Below, in pieces: positions 18,165-27,376 of a DNA stretch of 64,000 bases. The stretch spans positions 417,624 to 481,623 of the forward strand of contig JBAXJX010000001.1 of the NCBI GenBank assembly GCA_037137655.1, read 5' to 3'. Below the pieces are notes generated by a model. It worked only from the letters and a program-made list of their open reading frames with translations. It did no database searches and was not told where the DNA came from. Each line of letters starts with the position of its first letter. Position 1 is the stretch's first letter. The stretch is from Candidatus Falkowbacteria bacterium. GTDB taxonomy: Bacteria; Patescibacteriota; Patescibacteriia; Patescibacteriales; UBA12465. Position numbers and translations under genes: made by a program.

Positions 18165-18341
18165 TAACTAACGATTTAAAAAAGTTAAAAGATTATAAAC
18201 CAAAAACGCCGGCCAAACTAAAGCCTTTAAAAACCCAAGCACTCCAACCCAAAAACTGGTAGCATGACCAAGATAATAAACCGCGGCACCAATCATACCG
18301 AGACCGTAAACCGCTCCACCACAAGCATTTTTATTAGACAT
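18165..18341 (-). CDS. possible small membrane protein (58 aa)
   Basis: ATG 18341; MSNKNACGGAVYGLGMIGAAVYYLGHATSFWVGVLGFLKALVWPAFLVYNLL two hydrophobic helices. Confidence 0.3.
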
Positions 18342-18413
18342 AAATAAATTTTATTATATAAAATCTTTATAATTAATTTAATTTTAGCAGAAAACTGGTA
18401 AATTTGCCACTTG

Positions 18414-18441
18414 TTGACATAGTTTGGTAATTTGCTATTAT
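18414..18441 (+). promoter_or_regulatory. promoter TTGACA-N16-TATTAT driving tRNA-Asn, followed by perfect 16-bp palindrome ATATTTCGCGAAATAT (18452-18467)
   Basis: TTGACA 18414-18419, TATTAT 18436-18441; palindrome sits at predicted +4..+20. Confidence 0.5.
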
Positions 18442-18501
18442 ATTAGTAAGAATATTTCGCGAAATATTTTTTATTTTTGAAAACAAAATAAACACACATT
18501 A

Positions 18502-18573
18502 TTCCGAGGTAGCGCAGCGGTAGCGCAGTTGACTGTTAATCAATTGGTCGTGGGTTCGAATCCCACCCTCGGA
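18502..18573 (+). tRNA. tRNA-Asn (anticodon GTT)
   Basis: Cloverleaf: acceptor TCCGAGG/CCTCGGA, D-arm GCGC-AGCGGTA-GCGC, anticodon stem GTTGA/TCAAT with loop CTGTTAA (GTT at 18534-18536), T-arm GTGGG-TTCGAAT-CCCAC, discriminator G; CCA not encoded. Confidence 0.9.
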
Positions 18574-18582
18574 GCATTGACA

Positions 18583-18611
18583 AAAAAGCGTACTTATAGT
18601 ATGCTTTTTTT
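18583..18611 (+). terminator. intrinsic terminator after tRNA-Asn
   Basis: aaaaaaGCGTACttataGTATGCttttttt. Confidence 0.5.
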
Positions 18612-18654
18612 GTTAGTTAAATATTGTTGAACATTAAAAATAGGAGATTAAAAA

Positions 18655-19182
18655 ATGATTGATTTGAATGAAAAAAGACAGGATATTATCGCTGTCGCCG
18701 CTGAATTATTTGATAAATTTGTTAATATACCAAAAAGTGTGCGTCCTGACGATAACAAAAGAACTGGTATTCAGGTTCTTGTTTTGGAACCGCATACAAG
18801 AAATTTGGTTATGGTCTCAATTAAAGAACCGTCTGAAGCAGCCAAATTTTTTGTTGTTGAAAAGGCAGTTAGGTCAGAAGAGCTATCACATATGTCGTCA
18901 GCTAATTCTGCTCATCCGCCTTTCATGCAATTTCCCGGTAGTCTTTCCGTGTTTTTAAATGAATTACCAGGGCACAATAATAAGCTTGAAGAGGGTGTTT
19001 TAACGGTATCCACATCTGGTTTATTGTCCGAGGAAGATGTTGCTATAAGTGCAGCTATTCTCGCTAAAATAACAGGAGCTTCATTTGCTCAAATTTGCGA
19101 TAGTGTCGATGCTTTTAGCGGTGAGCTACCTGATTGGTACAATAAAGATAGTAGAAGTTATTTTGATTTTTTATTTGAATAA
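18655..19182 (+). CDS. hypothetical protein (tRNA-adjacent plus-strand cassette, gene 1)
   Basis: 175-aa ORF with strong RBS AGGAGA 7 nt upstream; no recognisable domain. Confidence 0.55.
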   Translation: MIDLNEKRQDIIAVAAELFDKFVNIPKSVRPDDNKRTGIQVLVLEPHTRNLVMVSIKEPSEAAKFFVVEKAVRSEELSHMSSANSAHPPFMQFPGSLSVFLNELPGHNNKLEEGVLTVSTSGLLSEEDVAISAAILAKITGASFAQICDSVDAFSGELPDWYNKDSRSYFDFLFE

Positions 19183-19214
19183 TTTGTATTATTAATAATT
19201 TAAAATCTAAAAAG

Positions 19215-19448
19215 ATGTTATTGTATAAACAAAAGAAAAGTGTAGCTATTTTTGGAATCGATGTTAATAAAATTAATTCCACTGGTGACGAAATTACATG
19301 GAATAGAACTTCTAACGGCCAATCTGTTATAGTTGCATGTCTTGCAGCTATTGAAGGGGATCCGGAGGAACATTATCGGGTACATTTTTCAAAATCAGTG
19401 AGTATGGTAAAAGGAGAACTTAAAGACGCAATCATGCCAATTGATTAA
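19215..19448 (+). CDS. hypothetical small protein (cassette gene 2)
   Basis: 77-aa ORF followed by terminator hairpin 19453-19480. Confidence 0.45.
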   Translation: MLLYKQKKSVAIFGIDVNKINSTGDEITWNRTSNGQSVIVACLAAIEGDPEEHYRVHFSKSVSMVKGELKDAIMPID

Positions 19449-19452
19449 CTAT

Positions 19453-19480
19453 AAGGGAGTCTAGCAATAGCCTTCCTTTT
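19453..19480 (+). terminator. intrinsic terminator, near-identical copy (1-nt indel) of 8581-8607 element
   Basis: AAGGGAGTCTAGCAATAGCCTTCCTTTTTT. Confidence 0.55.
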
Positions 19481-19512
19481 TTATTATACTTTAAAACGGA
19501 CACAGGACTGAT

Positions 19513-19540
19513 TGACAAAATACAATAAATATGATACAAT
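19513..19540 (+). promoter_or_regulatory. promoter TTGACA-N16-TACAAT for cassette gene 3
   Basis: TTGACA 19513-19518, TACAAT 19535-19540. Confidence 0.45.
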
Positions 19541-19584
19541 ATTTCATAGTTAAAACTGTTATTGCACATTAAAATATATATAGA

Positions 19585-20175
19585 ATGAAAAATCTAATTG
19601 TTAAATTTACTGTCAGGTATGACCTGCTAGATGCAATGGTTGAAAAAGCTGATGTTTGGCCTGAAGATCCATTGTTTGGTAGCTCACAAGACACTTCCAT
19701 GTCTCAATATCAAATGAATTATGGCTTTGATTTTAGTCTTAAAAAACCTCTCGGATTAATTGAAGAATATGAAGGTATTGTATTCTTGGGCAAAGAAGGA
19801 ATGTCGATAAACGAGGGTATTGAAAAAATGAACGAGCTTGGATATGAAGGCGCAAATTTTTTTCAATTTTTAGGTTTTCGAATAGAGAACGGTCCAGACA
19901 AAAGATATATTACTGGAAATACTTCTCCACGATTATCTGATTTAGCTGAATATCTTGTTGCACCAGGCATCACATCAATTGATCCTCACGGAACAAGTAT
20001 GTCAGGTTTAAGCATGACAAAGGAAACTGAGTTAATGCTAAATGAAAAAGCTGTTTTTCAACCTAAAACTTTATTTCCAGTTCTACAACTTTCATTTGAA
20101 GGTCGATTGATGGCATTTGAAGCTAATCGAGATATGCGTGGAGGTATCGCTTTACTAGGTGTAAAGAAAATTTAA
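19585..20175 (+). CDS. hypothetical protein (cassette gene 3)
   Basis: 196-aa ORF; no recognisable domain. Confidence 0.5.
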   Translation: MKNLIVKFTVRYDLLDAMVEKADVWPEDPLFGSSQDTSMSQYQMNYGFDFSLKKPLGLIEEYEGIVFLGKEGMSINEGIEKMNELGYEGANFFQFLGFRIENGPDKRYITGNTSPRLSDLAEYLVAPGITSIDPHGTSMSGLSMTKETELMLNEKAVFQPKTLFPVLQLSFEGRLMAFEANRDMRGGIALLGVKKI

Positions 20176-20183
20176 ATTTATGG

Positions 20184-20214
20184 GGAGGTCTAAAACATCA
20201 GACCTCCTTTTTTA
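20184..20214. terminator. bidirectional intrinsic terminator
   Basis: GGAGGTCT-aaaacatc-AGACCTCC perfect 8-bp stem followed by TTTTTTAT. Confidence 0.65.
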
Positions 20215-20823
20215 TTTAAAACTAAAAATAACTTTTTTATCCGAAATATCAATATTTACACCTTTGTAATTTGGATAGGTCTTTAATAGGGTGAAAAACT
20301 TAGTTCCTAATTTATTAAAAACCATATTAGCCAAAGAACTTGGCACCGGCAAACCATGATAAGTCGCATTATCAATTGCAAATGATAAGTCTTTATCCGT
20401 GCTCACCAAGCTACCAGAAACAGCAAATTCGCCCGTCAAATACTTAATCAACGAGAAGCCGCTAAAGGCGATCTTCCCTTCACTGATAATTACATGCGGA
20501 TCTTTTAAGTCTGGTTTTTTAGTGGAGGCAATTTCCTGTCCCATTAAGTAATTTATTTCCTCCTCACTAAAACTTAAATTAGTGCTCGATGCCAAGACAA
20601 GTTTTAAATCATTAGTCTTATAAGCCTTCGTCCAAGCCTTGTATTTGGCTGCTGCTTGCACTTTTTCCCTATCACCGAAGACTTTCACCTCGGGCGCAAC
20701 ATTTACCACCACCGGAGTGACTGGCTTTTCCCAAAAAAACAAATCACGCCAGGACCAGGCGTGAGCTGCCGCCGGAATTAAAATTATAAATAACAACAAA
20801 ATTATAATCCAGCTTTTTTTCAT
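20212..20823 (-). CDS. hypothetical secreted protein (signal peptide), likely co-transcribed with rpoD
   Basis: MKKSWIIILLLFIILIPAAAHA signal peptide; 203 aa; overlaps rpoD stop by 1 nt region. Confidence 0.5.
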   Translation of the reverse strand: MKKSWIIILLLFIILIPAAAHAWSWRDLFFWEKPVTPVVVNVAPEVKVFGDREKVQAAAKYKAWTKAYKTNDLKLVLASSTNLSFSEEEINYLMGQEIASTKKPDLKDPHVIISEGKIAFSGFSLIKYLTGEFAVSGSLVSTDKDLSFAIDNATYHGLPVPSSLANMVFNKLGTKFFTLLKTYPNYKGVNIDISDKKVIFSFK

Positions 20824-20824
20824 A

Positions 20825-22225
20825 TTAGTAGTCGCGTAATTTTTCTAAACCTTTCAATTTTCTAATCTTCTCTAGAGCCTTCGCTTCAATTTGACGAATA
20901 CGTTCGCGGGTCACTTCAAATTCTTGACCAACTTCTTCTAAGGTGTGCGCCACACCATCAGTTAAACCAAAACGCATTTCCAAAATTCTTTGTTCACGCG
21001 GTGATAAATTAATGATAATTTCTTTCACGTAATCGCGTAACAATTGCAAAGCGGCAACACGATCTGGAGTTTCATTTTTTACATCCTCAATAAAATCTTC
21101 CAAAGTGGAATTATCATCATCATCACCAATAGAAGTTTCGAGTGATATAGTATCTTGTGAAATTTTAATAATGTAACGAACTTTTTCCAACTCTTCACCC
21201 ATTTCTGAAGCCACTTCTTCTGGTAACGGTTCGCGACCTAATTCTTGAATCAAAAATCTTTGCACTTGTTGAAAACGATTAATAGTTTCCACCATGTGCA
21301 CTGGAATACGAATTGTGCGGGATTGATCGGCTAAAGCGCGAGTCACGGCTTGGCGAATCCACCAAGTAGCGTAAGTTGAAAATTTATAACCTTTGCGATA
21401 TTCAAATTTTTCCACCGCGCGGAACAAACCAATATTTCCCTCTTGAATAAGATCGAGTAAACCTAAACCTTTGGCGCTGGCAAATTTCTTTGCAATCGAT
21501 ACCACCAAACGCAAATTAGCTTCAATGATAGCACGTTCCGCTTCGCGATCGCCCCGTTCTTTTCGTTTTGATAATTCAATTTCTTCTTCGGATGTTAACA
21601 ATGGAATTTTACCAATTTCTTTCAAATACATCTGGATGGAATCGGCACTTAACTTGGATAAATCAATACCCATGCTTGGCGCTTTTTTAACTACCACGTC
21701 TTCAGTTTTACCTAAAATATGACCGGCATCTTCAATAATCTTAATACCAGCTTCATGCAAACGACCTAAAAAAATATCGTAATCATAAACACAATCTTCT
21801 ACATGCGGAAATAAATATAATAATTCAGTCTCAGTAACAAAGCCACGCAAACGAGCCTTGTTAATCATCGAAACTAATCTCTCTTCAGTTGGTGGTGGCG
21901 TTGCTTCATGTGAAGCGATACGACGCGGAACAGTTTTAACTTCTTCCACCTCTTTAGCTTTTTCTTTTTTCGCCGGTGCCTTTGGCATCACCTTCTTCAC
22001 GGCCGCTTTTGGGGCAACCGGATGAACAACTTTAGCCAAAACTTTTTTAATAATTTTAGCAACTGGTTTTTTAATTATTTTCTGTTCAGTTTTTTTTATC
22101 ATTTTTTTCGGAGCAATCTTTGCTTTAGTTTTGACCTTAACCGGAGCCGGTTTTTTAGCCACTTTCTTAGGCGCCATCTTTGGCGTTTTTTTGATTATTT
22201 TTTTGTTTACTTGTTTGGCGCTCAT
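20825..22225 (-). CDS. rpoD: RNA polymerase sigma-70 factor RpoD with Lys/Ala/Pro-rich N-terminal extension
   Basis: Region 2 [55 protein letters not shown]; region 4 [25 protein letters not shown]; N-terminal [19 protein letters not shown] repeats. Confidence 0.9.
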   Translation of the reverse strand: MSAKQVNKKIIKKTPKMAPKKVAKKPAPVKVKTKAKIAPKKMIKKTEQKIIKKPVAKIIKKVLAKVVHPVAPKAAVKKVMPKAPAKKEKAKEVEEVKTVPRRIASHEATPPPTEERLVSMINKARLRGFVTETELLYLFPHVEDCVYDYDIFLGRLHEAGIKIIEDAGHILGKTEDVVVKKAPSMGIDLSKLSADSIQMYLKEIGKIPLLTSEEEIELSKRKERGDREAERAIIEANLRLVVSIAKKFASAKGLGLLDLIQEGNIGLFRAVEKFEYRKGYKFSTYATWWIRQAVTRALADQSRTIRIPVHMVETINRFQQVQRFLIQELGREPLPEEVASEMGEELEKVRYIIKISQDTISLETSIGDDDDNSTLEDFIEDVKNETPDRVAALQLLRDYVKEIIINLSPREQRILEMRFGLTDGVAHTLEEVGQEFEVTRERIRQIEAKALEKIRKLKGLEKLRDY

Positions 22226-22227
22226 AT

Positions 22228-24033
22228 TTAATTTATGTCAATTTCTTTTATCTTTTGACTAAGCAATTTTAAATCTGACAATAGCGCTGGAATTTGGGCC
22301 AAATCTTTATTTTGTTCAGCGGCCGCAATTCGCTTCTCTGTTTCGTGCATTTGCTGCTTAAAGAAAAATTGTTTTAAGGCAATTATTATTTTAATGATTT
22401 CATTTTTAGCTTGGTTGTCAGCTAAATCAGAGAAATCTTTATCAGCCAATAAAACTATTTTATTTAACAACGAAACATGACTTACCTCCTGGTTTTCTAA
22501 GTAAGTCTTGAGATTATCGTAGTTTAAATTCTTATTATCATTATAATACATTATCATGTTTTTGTAAAACTCCCGCACCGTCAAACCAAAAACTTGTTCC
22601 AGATCAATATTTGCTACGATATACTCCATGAATTCTGGGAATTTTAGCGCTAAAGCTAACAAAGATAAAGACAACTTCTCTTCCCATAAATCACTGTTTA
22701 AACTCGGTTTTACAGCTACCGGGGCTTTTCTTTGTGGTTCAATTTTAACTTCACTCCGTAAAACTTCACGAAGAGTTTCACGTAAAACACCTTCATCAAT
22801 ATCAATCATTTCCGCTAGGCGTTTTAACCAATGATCAATTTCTAACTTACTGGAAAATTTGGCAATCATCGTCAAAATCTTTTTACTAGTCGCCCGTTTA
22901 TTTTCAATTTTACTTAAATCGATTCCAGCGATAGCTTTAGTGAAATAATATTCCATCATCGGCTTAGCATTCTCCACAGCCTTCTCCCAATCAGCCGGAT
23001 TATTTTTCAAACATTCATCCGGATCTTTGCCGCCCGGAATCATAATAACTTCAATATTTAAATCAGCCGCCATTGCTTCTTTTATTCCTCGATCAGCCGC
23101 CATTTGCCCGGCCGGATCCGCATCAAAAGCGAGTGCGATATTATGAGTGTAGCGTTTAATTAATTTTACTTGCTCCGCTGTTAACGCCGTGCCAGAAGAA
23201 GCAATCACATTTTTATAACCGAATTGATGACAAGTGATTGCATCCATTTGTCCTTCCACAATAATAGCTAAGTCAGCATTTTTAATCGCCATCTTCGCCT
23301 TATCGAGCGCAAAAAAAACGCGCCCCTTATCATAAATATTAGTTTGGGGACTATTGATATACTTACCCAACTTCTCGGCTTCAACCGAGCTTGTCGCCGG
23401 ATTAACGCGCGCCGTAAAAGCAATAATATTACCGGCTGCATCGCTAATTGGAAACATGACGCGATCTCGAAAACGATTATAGTAAGAAGCTGAACCTTCT
23501 TTTTTTATACTGAGACCAGCCATAAATATTTCTTCATTGGAATATTTTTTCGAACGTAAATATAATAATAAATCATCCCAAGAATTTGGACTGTAACCGA
23601 TTCTCCAAGTTCGCACCGTTTCTTCGCTTAAGCCGCGACTCTTTAAATAATTTTTAATCGCCTCATTTTTAAACATCTCGCGCTGATAAAATTCAGCCGC
23701 CACTTCCATCACATCTTGCAAGCGACCCTTTTGCGAATTAAATTCCGTGTTTTCTTTTTGTAAAATCACACCAGCCTTGGGCGCTAATTGACGCATCGCT
23801 TCACCAAAACTAAGTCCTTCCATTTCCATGATGAAAGAAAAAATATCGCCACCCTTACCGCAACCAAAGCAATGCCAGATTTGTTTATCTGGTGACACCA
23901 TAAAAGACGGACTCTTTTCTTGGTGAAAAGGACAATTGGAGCGAAAGTTGGAACCGGCCGCTTTAAGTGAGATATACTCACCCAACACGTCAACGATATC
24001 CAATTTTGATTTTATCTCTTCCGATTGATTCAT
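22228..24033 (-). CDS. dnaG: DNA primase DnaG
   Basis: CHC2 zinc finger [30 protein letters not shown]; Toprim domain (EGQMD, DxD); located upstream of rpoD as in the classic dnaG-rpoD operon. Confidence 0.9.
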   Translation of the reverse strand: MNQSEEIKSKLDIVDVLGEYISLKAAGSNFRSNCPFHQEKSPSFMVSPDKQIWHCFGCGKGGDIFSFIMEMEGLSFGEAMRQLAPKAGVILQKENTEFNSQKGRLQDVMEVAAEFYQREMFKNEAIKNYLKSRGLSEETVRTWRIGYSPNSWDDLLLYLRSKKYSNEEIFMAGLSIKKEGSASYYNRFRDRVMFPISDAAGNIIAFTARVNPATSSVEAEKLGKYINSPQTNIYDKGRVFFALDKAKMAIKNADLAIIVEGQMDAITCHQFGYKNVIASSGTALTAEQVKLIKRYTHNIALAFDADPAGQMAADRGIKEAMAADLNIEVIMIPGGKDPDECLKNNPADWEKAVENAKPMMEYYFTKAIAGIDLSKIENKRATSKKILTMIAKFSSKLEIDHWLKRLAEMIDIDEGVLRETLREVLRSEVKIEPQRKAPVAVKPSLNSDLWEEKLSLSLLALALKFPEFMEYIVANIDLEQVFGLTVREFYKNMIMYYNDNKNLNYDNLKTYLENQEVSHVSLLNKIVLLADKDFSDLADNQAKNEIIKIIIALKQFFFKQQMHETEKRIAAAEQNKDLAQIPALLSDLKLLSQKIKEIDIN

Positions 24034-24036
24034 AGT

Positions 24037-24510
24037 TTAAGAAAATATTTTTTGCCACCAAGTTTTTTCCTTAGGTGGAATAGAACGTAAATCAGCGCGC
24101 CAATCTCCTTGATTTGGGGCTGGATTAAACGCTTTCGCATTAGGATTATCTGCTGGAATATTAGCCGCATTAACTGCTCTATTTGGTGTATTAAAATTAT
24201 CTGGCGAGGCTAAACCAACAATATCACGCAAACGCGCGATTTCATTAGCCACAAGCTCACTATCATACTCAGCACTATGCATATGAGACCCCTCGTAACT
24301 AGCCTCCTTTTGGTCAAGGTGCAGGTTAAAAACAACATTATCACCAAGCACGTCAAAATACAAATGAAGTCGAGGATAATGGCCTGTACCTAAACGACGC
24401 ACATGACTGGCGACCTGCCGGCGACTATCAAAAATTCTGGCATAACCAGCGCTGTGCAAAAAATTTTCTGGACTATCATTAAGCTGTAAATGATTCACTG
24501 TTAATTTCAT
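24037..24510 (-). CDS. hypothetical protein
   Basis: 157-aa ORF, His-rich (GTGHYPRLHLYFD...YEGSHMHS); no confident family. Confidence 0.4.
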   Translation of the reverse strand: MKLTVNHLQLNDSPENFLHSAGYARIFDSRRQVASHVRRLGTGHYPRLHLYFDVLGDNVVFNLHLDQKEASYEGSHMHSAEYDSELVANEIARLRDIVGLASPDNFNTPNRAVNAANIPADNPNAKAFNPAPNQGDWRADLRSIPPKEKTWWQKIFS

Positions 24511-24515
24511 AATTT

Positions 24516-24983
24516 TTATTTTTTTCTATTTCTAAAAATGATAAATTTATAAATCAAAAAACTTTCAAACCCGATTAGACCACTGACAATTACCTGGGCT
24601 AATAAATACCAAACCTTATAATAATTTACCAAGACATGCATCCCCCAGCCATTAATATTTAAATTCACAAAAGCGATACTTAAATATAAAGCCAGTTGCA
24701 CATGAAGACGATTTTTTTCTTTACTATTAAAGGTCCAATATTTCTGTAAGGAAAAACTAACCACAAAAGAAATCATAAAAGCCATGGAAGTAGCCGTAAC
24801 AATACCGATATTAAAAATCCCATGAAAAAGAAATAATAAAATCAAATCAGTGCCACCAGCAAAGATTCCGGCGACAATGAATTTAAAAACTGCCGGGTAA
24901 CGCACCATGAATGCAAAAAATGTCGGACAGGCCGGTTGAAATTTTTCTTTAGCAATTTTAATAATTTTTAAAAATCCCCCCAT
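24516..24983 (-). CDS. GtrA-like small membrane protein (polysaccharide synthesis/flippase accessory)
   Basis: 4-TM 155-aa protein, FKFIVAGIFAGGTDLILLFLF...QKYWTFN resembling GtrA family. Confidence 0.5.
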   Translation of the reverse strand: MGGFLKIIKIAKEKFQPACPTFFAFMVRYPAVFKFIVAGIFAGGTDLILLFLFHGIFNIGIVTATSMAFMISFVVSFSLQKYWTFNSKEKNRLHVQLALYLSIAFVNLNINGWGMHVLVNYYKVWYLLAQVIVSGLIGFESFLIYKFIIFRNRKK

Positions 24984-24987
24984 AGAC

Positions 24988-25887
24988 TTACCAGGTAAAA
25001 TTACTATAAATCCAATTTATCAATCGATTGGTTTGCGCAAAGCGCTCTTTATCACTCGCCGTTCCCAGAACCACTGAAATAATATTATGATTATTATCAT
25101 CAGTGAAGGCGGCCGCAAAGCAATAACCCGCTAAATCGGTGTGCCCGGTTTTACCGCCAATAATTTTAACTTGCGGCATGGCAAAAGAATTTAACAAATT
25201 GTCGGTCGTAGTTATTTTTTTCTTATCACCGGCCGCAGTTTGAAATTCAAAATAATTACTAGCAACAGCTCGGCGAATTTCATCTCGATCCAAAGCAATT
25301 TTAAGTAGCTGCGCCACTTCTCGGGCTGTCGAAACATTATTAGAACTTAGTCCGGCCGGATCGGAAAAATGAGTATTAAGTAAACCAAATTTTTTAGCGT
25401 AATCATTCATTCGTTCTACAAAAATATCACTACTAGAGGCCGTAGAATTAGCCAGAGCCATCGCGGCGGTATTATCTGAACCAACGAGCATGGCATAAAA
25501 CAAATCATTAAGTGTCACCTTATCACCCAAATACAAATAAATCTTCCCACCATCCAAGCGATCGGCGCGCGTCATTTCATGAGCAGTTTCCCAACCAGGA
25601 TTATTATCCAAAAAAACAAGCGCCGTCATCAATTTAGTGATACTAGCAATTTGTACTTGGTCATTAGATGACTTCTCGGCCAAAAATATATTATTAGTCG
25701 TATCTAACACGGCATAAGATTTAGCTTCAACAACAAGATCAGTAGAACTAGCTAGACGTGCTGGTAAATGACGACTCTCCTGCTTTTCCAAAAAAACATT
25801 TCTTGAACTAGATACAGAAAAAATTGGCGCCGTAAAATTGTGCCAAAAAAAAGACGATAGAATTAAAAAAAATACTTGCAGGTACAT
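24988..25887 (-). CDS. dacA: D-alanyl-D-alanine carboxypeptidase (serine-type, S11/PBP5-like)
   Basis: SxxK (ASITKLMT), SxN (GSDNTAA), KTG (GGKTGHT) active-site triad motifs; signal peptide. Confidence 0.8.
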   Translation of the reverse strand: MYLQVFFLILSSFFWHNFTAPIFSVSSSRNVFLEKQESRHLPARLASSTDLVVEAKSYAVLDTTNNIFLAEKSSNDQVQIASITKLMTALVFLDNNPGWETAHEMTRADRLDGGKIYLYLGDKVTLNDLFYAMLVGSDNTAAMALANSTASSSDIFVERMNDYAKKFGLLNTHFSDPAGLSSNNVSTAREVAQLLKIALDRDEIRRAVASNYFEFQTAAGDKKKITTTDNLLNSFAMPQVKIIGGKTGHTDLAGYCFAAAFTDDNNHNIISVVLGTASDKERFAQTNRLINWIYSNFTW

Positions 25888-25898
25888 AAAAAAATAAA

Positions 25899-26645
25899 TT
25901 AGTCTTTGTCATCTTCGTCCTCATCTTCTTCATCTTCATCTTCATCTTCGTCTTCTTCCTCATCCTCATCTTCATTTTCTTCCTCATCCAACTCTTCATC
26001 TTCTTCGCTTTCACTGTCTTCATCGCCAGCTTCTTCAGCCGCAACACTTTCCTCCGGCAAAACCTCAGGCTCTACAGTTTTTGCTGTTTGATCAACTTGT
26101 TCAACCTGAGTTGCAGCATTAATCATTTTTTCGATTGACTCATCTTTATTTAAACGTTCGTAATCAGGTAGGTCATTAACCTTATTAATACCAAGATAAC
26201 GAATAAAATCCAATGTTACAGCGTAATAAGTTTCATTTTTTTCTTTATCAAATTTTTCTTCAATTAGCCCTCGAATTAATAAGTTGCGCACGATCAAAGA
26301 ACAGTTCACGCCACGAATACGATCCAAATCAATTTTAGTGATTGGGCCACGATAAGCAATAATTGTTAAAGTTTCCAAGCTAGGACGACTCAATTCCCCG
26401 CTCGTTTCATCATGAATAAAATCAGACACTACTTGAGAATTGGCCGCCGAAGACACAATCTGATATTTATCGCTATTTTCAATTACCTGCAAACCACTAT
26501 CCGAATCAGTATAATCTTGCATTAACGCTGCCAATTGTTCGTCCACAGCCTTCTTGTCCGTCTTTAAAAAGCCAGCCAACTCTTTGCTGGTAAGCGGTTT
26601 ATTGGCTACAAATAATAATGATTCGATTTGAGATTTTAATGACAT
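25899..26645 (-). CDS. scpB: segregation and condensation protein B (ScpB) with long acidic C-terminal tail
   Basis: SRPSLETLTIIAYRGPITKIDLDRIRGVNCSLIVRNLLIRGLIE winged-helix ScpB pattern; C-terminal EDEDEEE tail encoded by GAA/GAT repeats. Confidence 0.85.
   Translation of the reverse strand: MSLKSQIESLLFVANKPLTSKELAGFLKTDKKAVDEQLAALMQDYTDSDSGLQVIENSDKYQIVSSAANSQVVSDFIHDETSGELSRPSLETLTIIAYRGPITKIDLDRIRGVNCSLIVRNLLIRGLIEEKFDKEKNETYYAVTLDFIRYLGINKVNDLPDYERLNKDESIEKMINAATQVEQVDQTAKTVEPEVLPEESVAAEEAGDEDSESEEDEELDEEENEDEDEEEDEDEDEDEEDEDEDDKD
25906..26010. repeat. GAA/GAT/GAG trinucleotide simple repeat (encodes ScpB poly-acidic tail)
   Basis: visible tandem tcttc/atcttc units across ~100 nt; also source of spurious S-rich and K/M-rich ORFs in other frames. 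Confidence 0.8.
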
Positions 26646-26647
26646 AT

Positions 26648-27370
26648 TTATTGTTCTAACTTATTAATTATAATATCACTGAATAAACTGGCTTGTTCAA
26701 AAAATAACTCTCGCTGCTTAGCTAATTCCAGGACGGCCAAAAAATTAACGATGACTTCAGTTTTATTTTTAGCGGTAGATAAAATTTTAGTAAAGTTAAC
26801 GCGGACCCGTTCAAGTAATGCTTTTTGAATATAAATAATTCGCTCATCAATACTAATTTTATGATCAATCACTTCTTCTTTAATCTCCACCTCTTCCATT
26901 TGAAAACGACTAACAATAAAATCAAACTGTTCCCGTAAAATCGCTGGAGTTAAATTTTTCGGCGGAGAAAATTTTCCCCAAGAAAAATTATGACGACGTT
27001 TACCGGTTTTACCATAATCCCGCATAAAGGAAAATTTCTTTTTAGCCAACATAATCTCAATCGCCTTACTAGCCTCCACAAACTCCTTATACATTTTTAG
27101 TTGGTGTTCCAATTCACTAATTTCTTCATCCTCTTCCGGTGTCGATAGATACGGCAAAAGCGCCTTTGATTTGATATACAAAAGCTTAGCGGCAATCACC
27201 AAAAAATCCGCAATTTGTTCCGGATCAATTTTATGACTTTGAATATATTTTACATATTCATCGGCAATTTGGGCGAGACCGATTTGAGTAATATCCAACT
27301 CTTCTTTTTCAATAAGTTGCAATAATAACCCTAAAGGACCGTTAAATTTTTCAGTACGAAATTCAATCAT
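26648..27370 (-). CDS. scpA: segregation and condensation protein A (ScpA)
   Basis: FNGPLGLLLQLIEKEELDITQIGLAQIADEYVKYI N-terminal ScpA signature; adjacent to scpB. Confidence 0.85.
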   Translation of the reverse strand: MIEFRTEKFNGPLGLLLQLIEKEELDITQIGLAQIADEYVKYIQSHKIDPEQIADFLVIAAKLLYIKSKALLPYLSTPEEDEEISELEHQLKMYKEFVEASKAIEIMLAKKKFSFMRDYGKTGKRRHNFSWGKFSPPKNLTPAILREQFDFIVSRFQMEEVEIKEEVIDHKISIDERIIYIQKALLERVRVNFTKILSTAKNKTEVIVNFLAVLELAKQRELFFEQASLFSDIIINKLEQ

Positions 27371-27376
27371 AGCTAA

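Noticed and set aside
25808-26091. 79-aa K/M-rich minus ORF and 61-aa poly-Ser plus ORF
   Set aside because: Both are frame artefacts of the GAA/GAT trinucleotide repeat encoding the ScpB acidic tail
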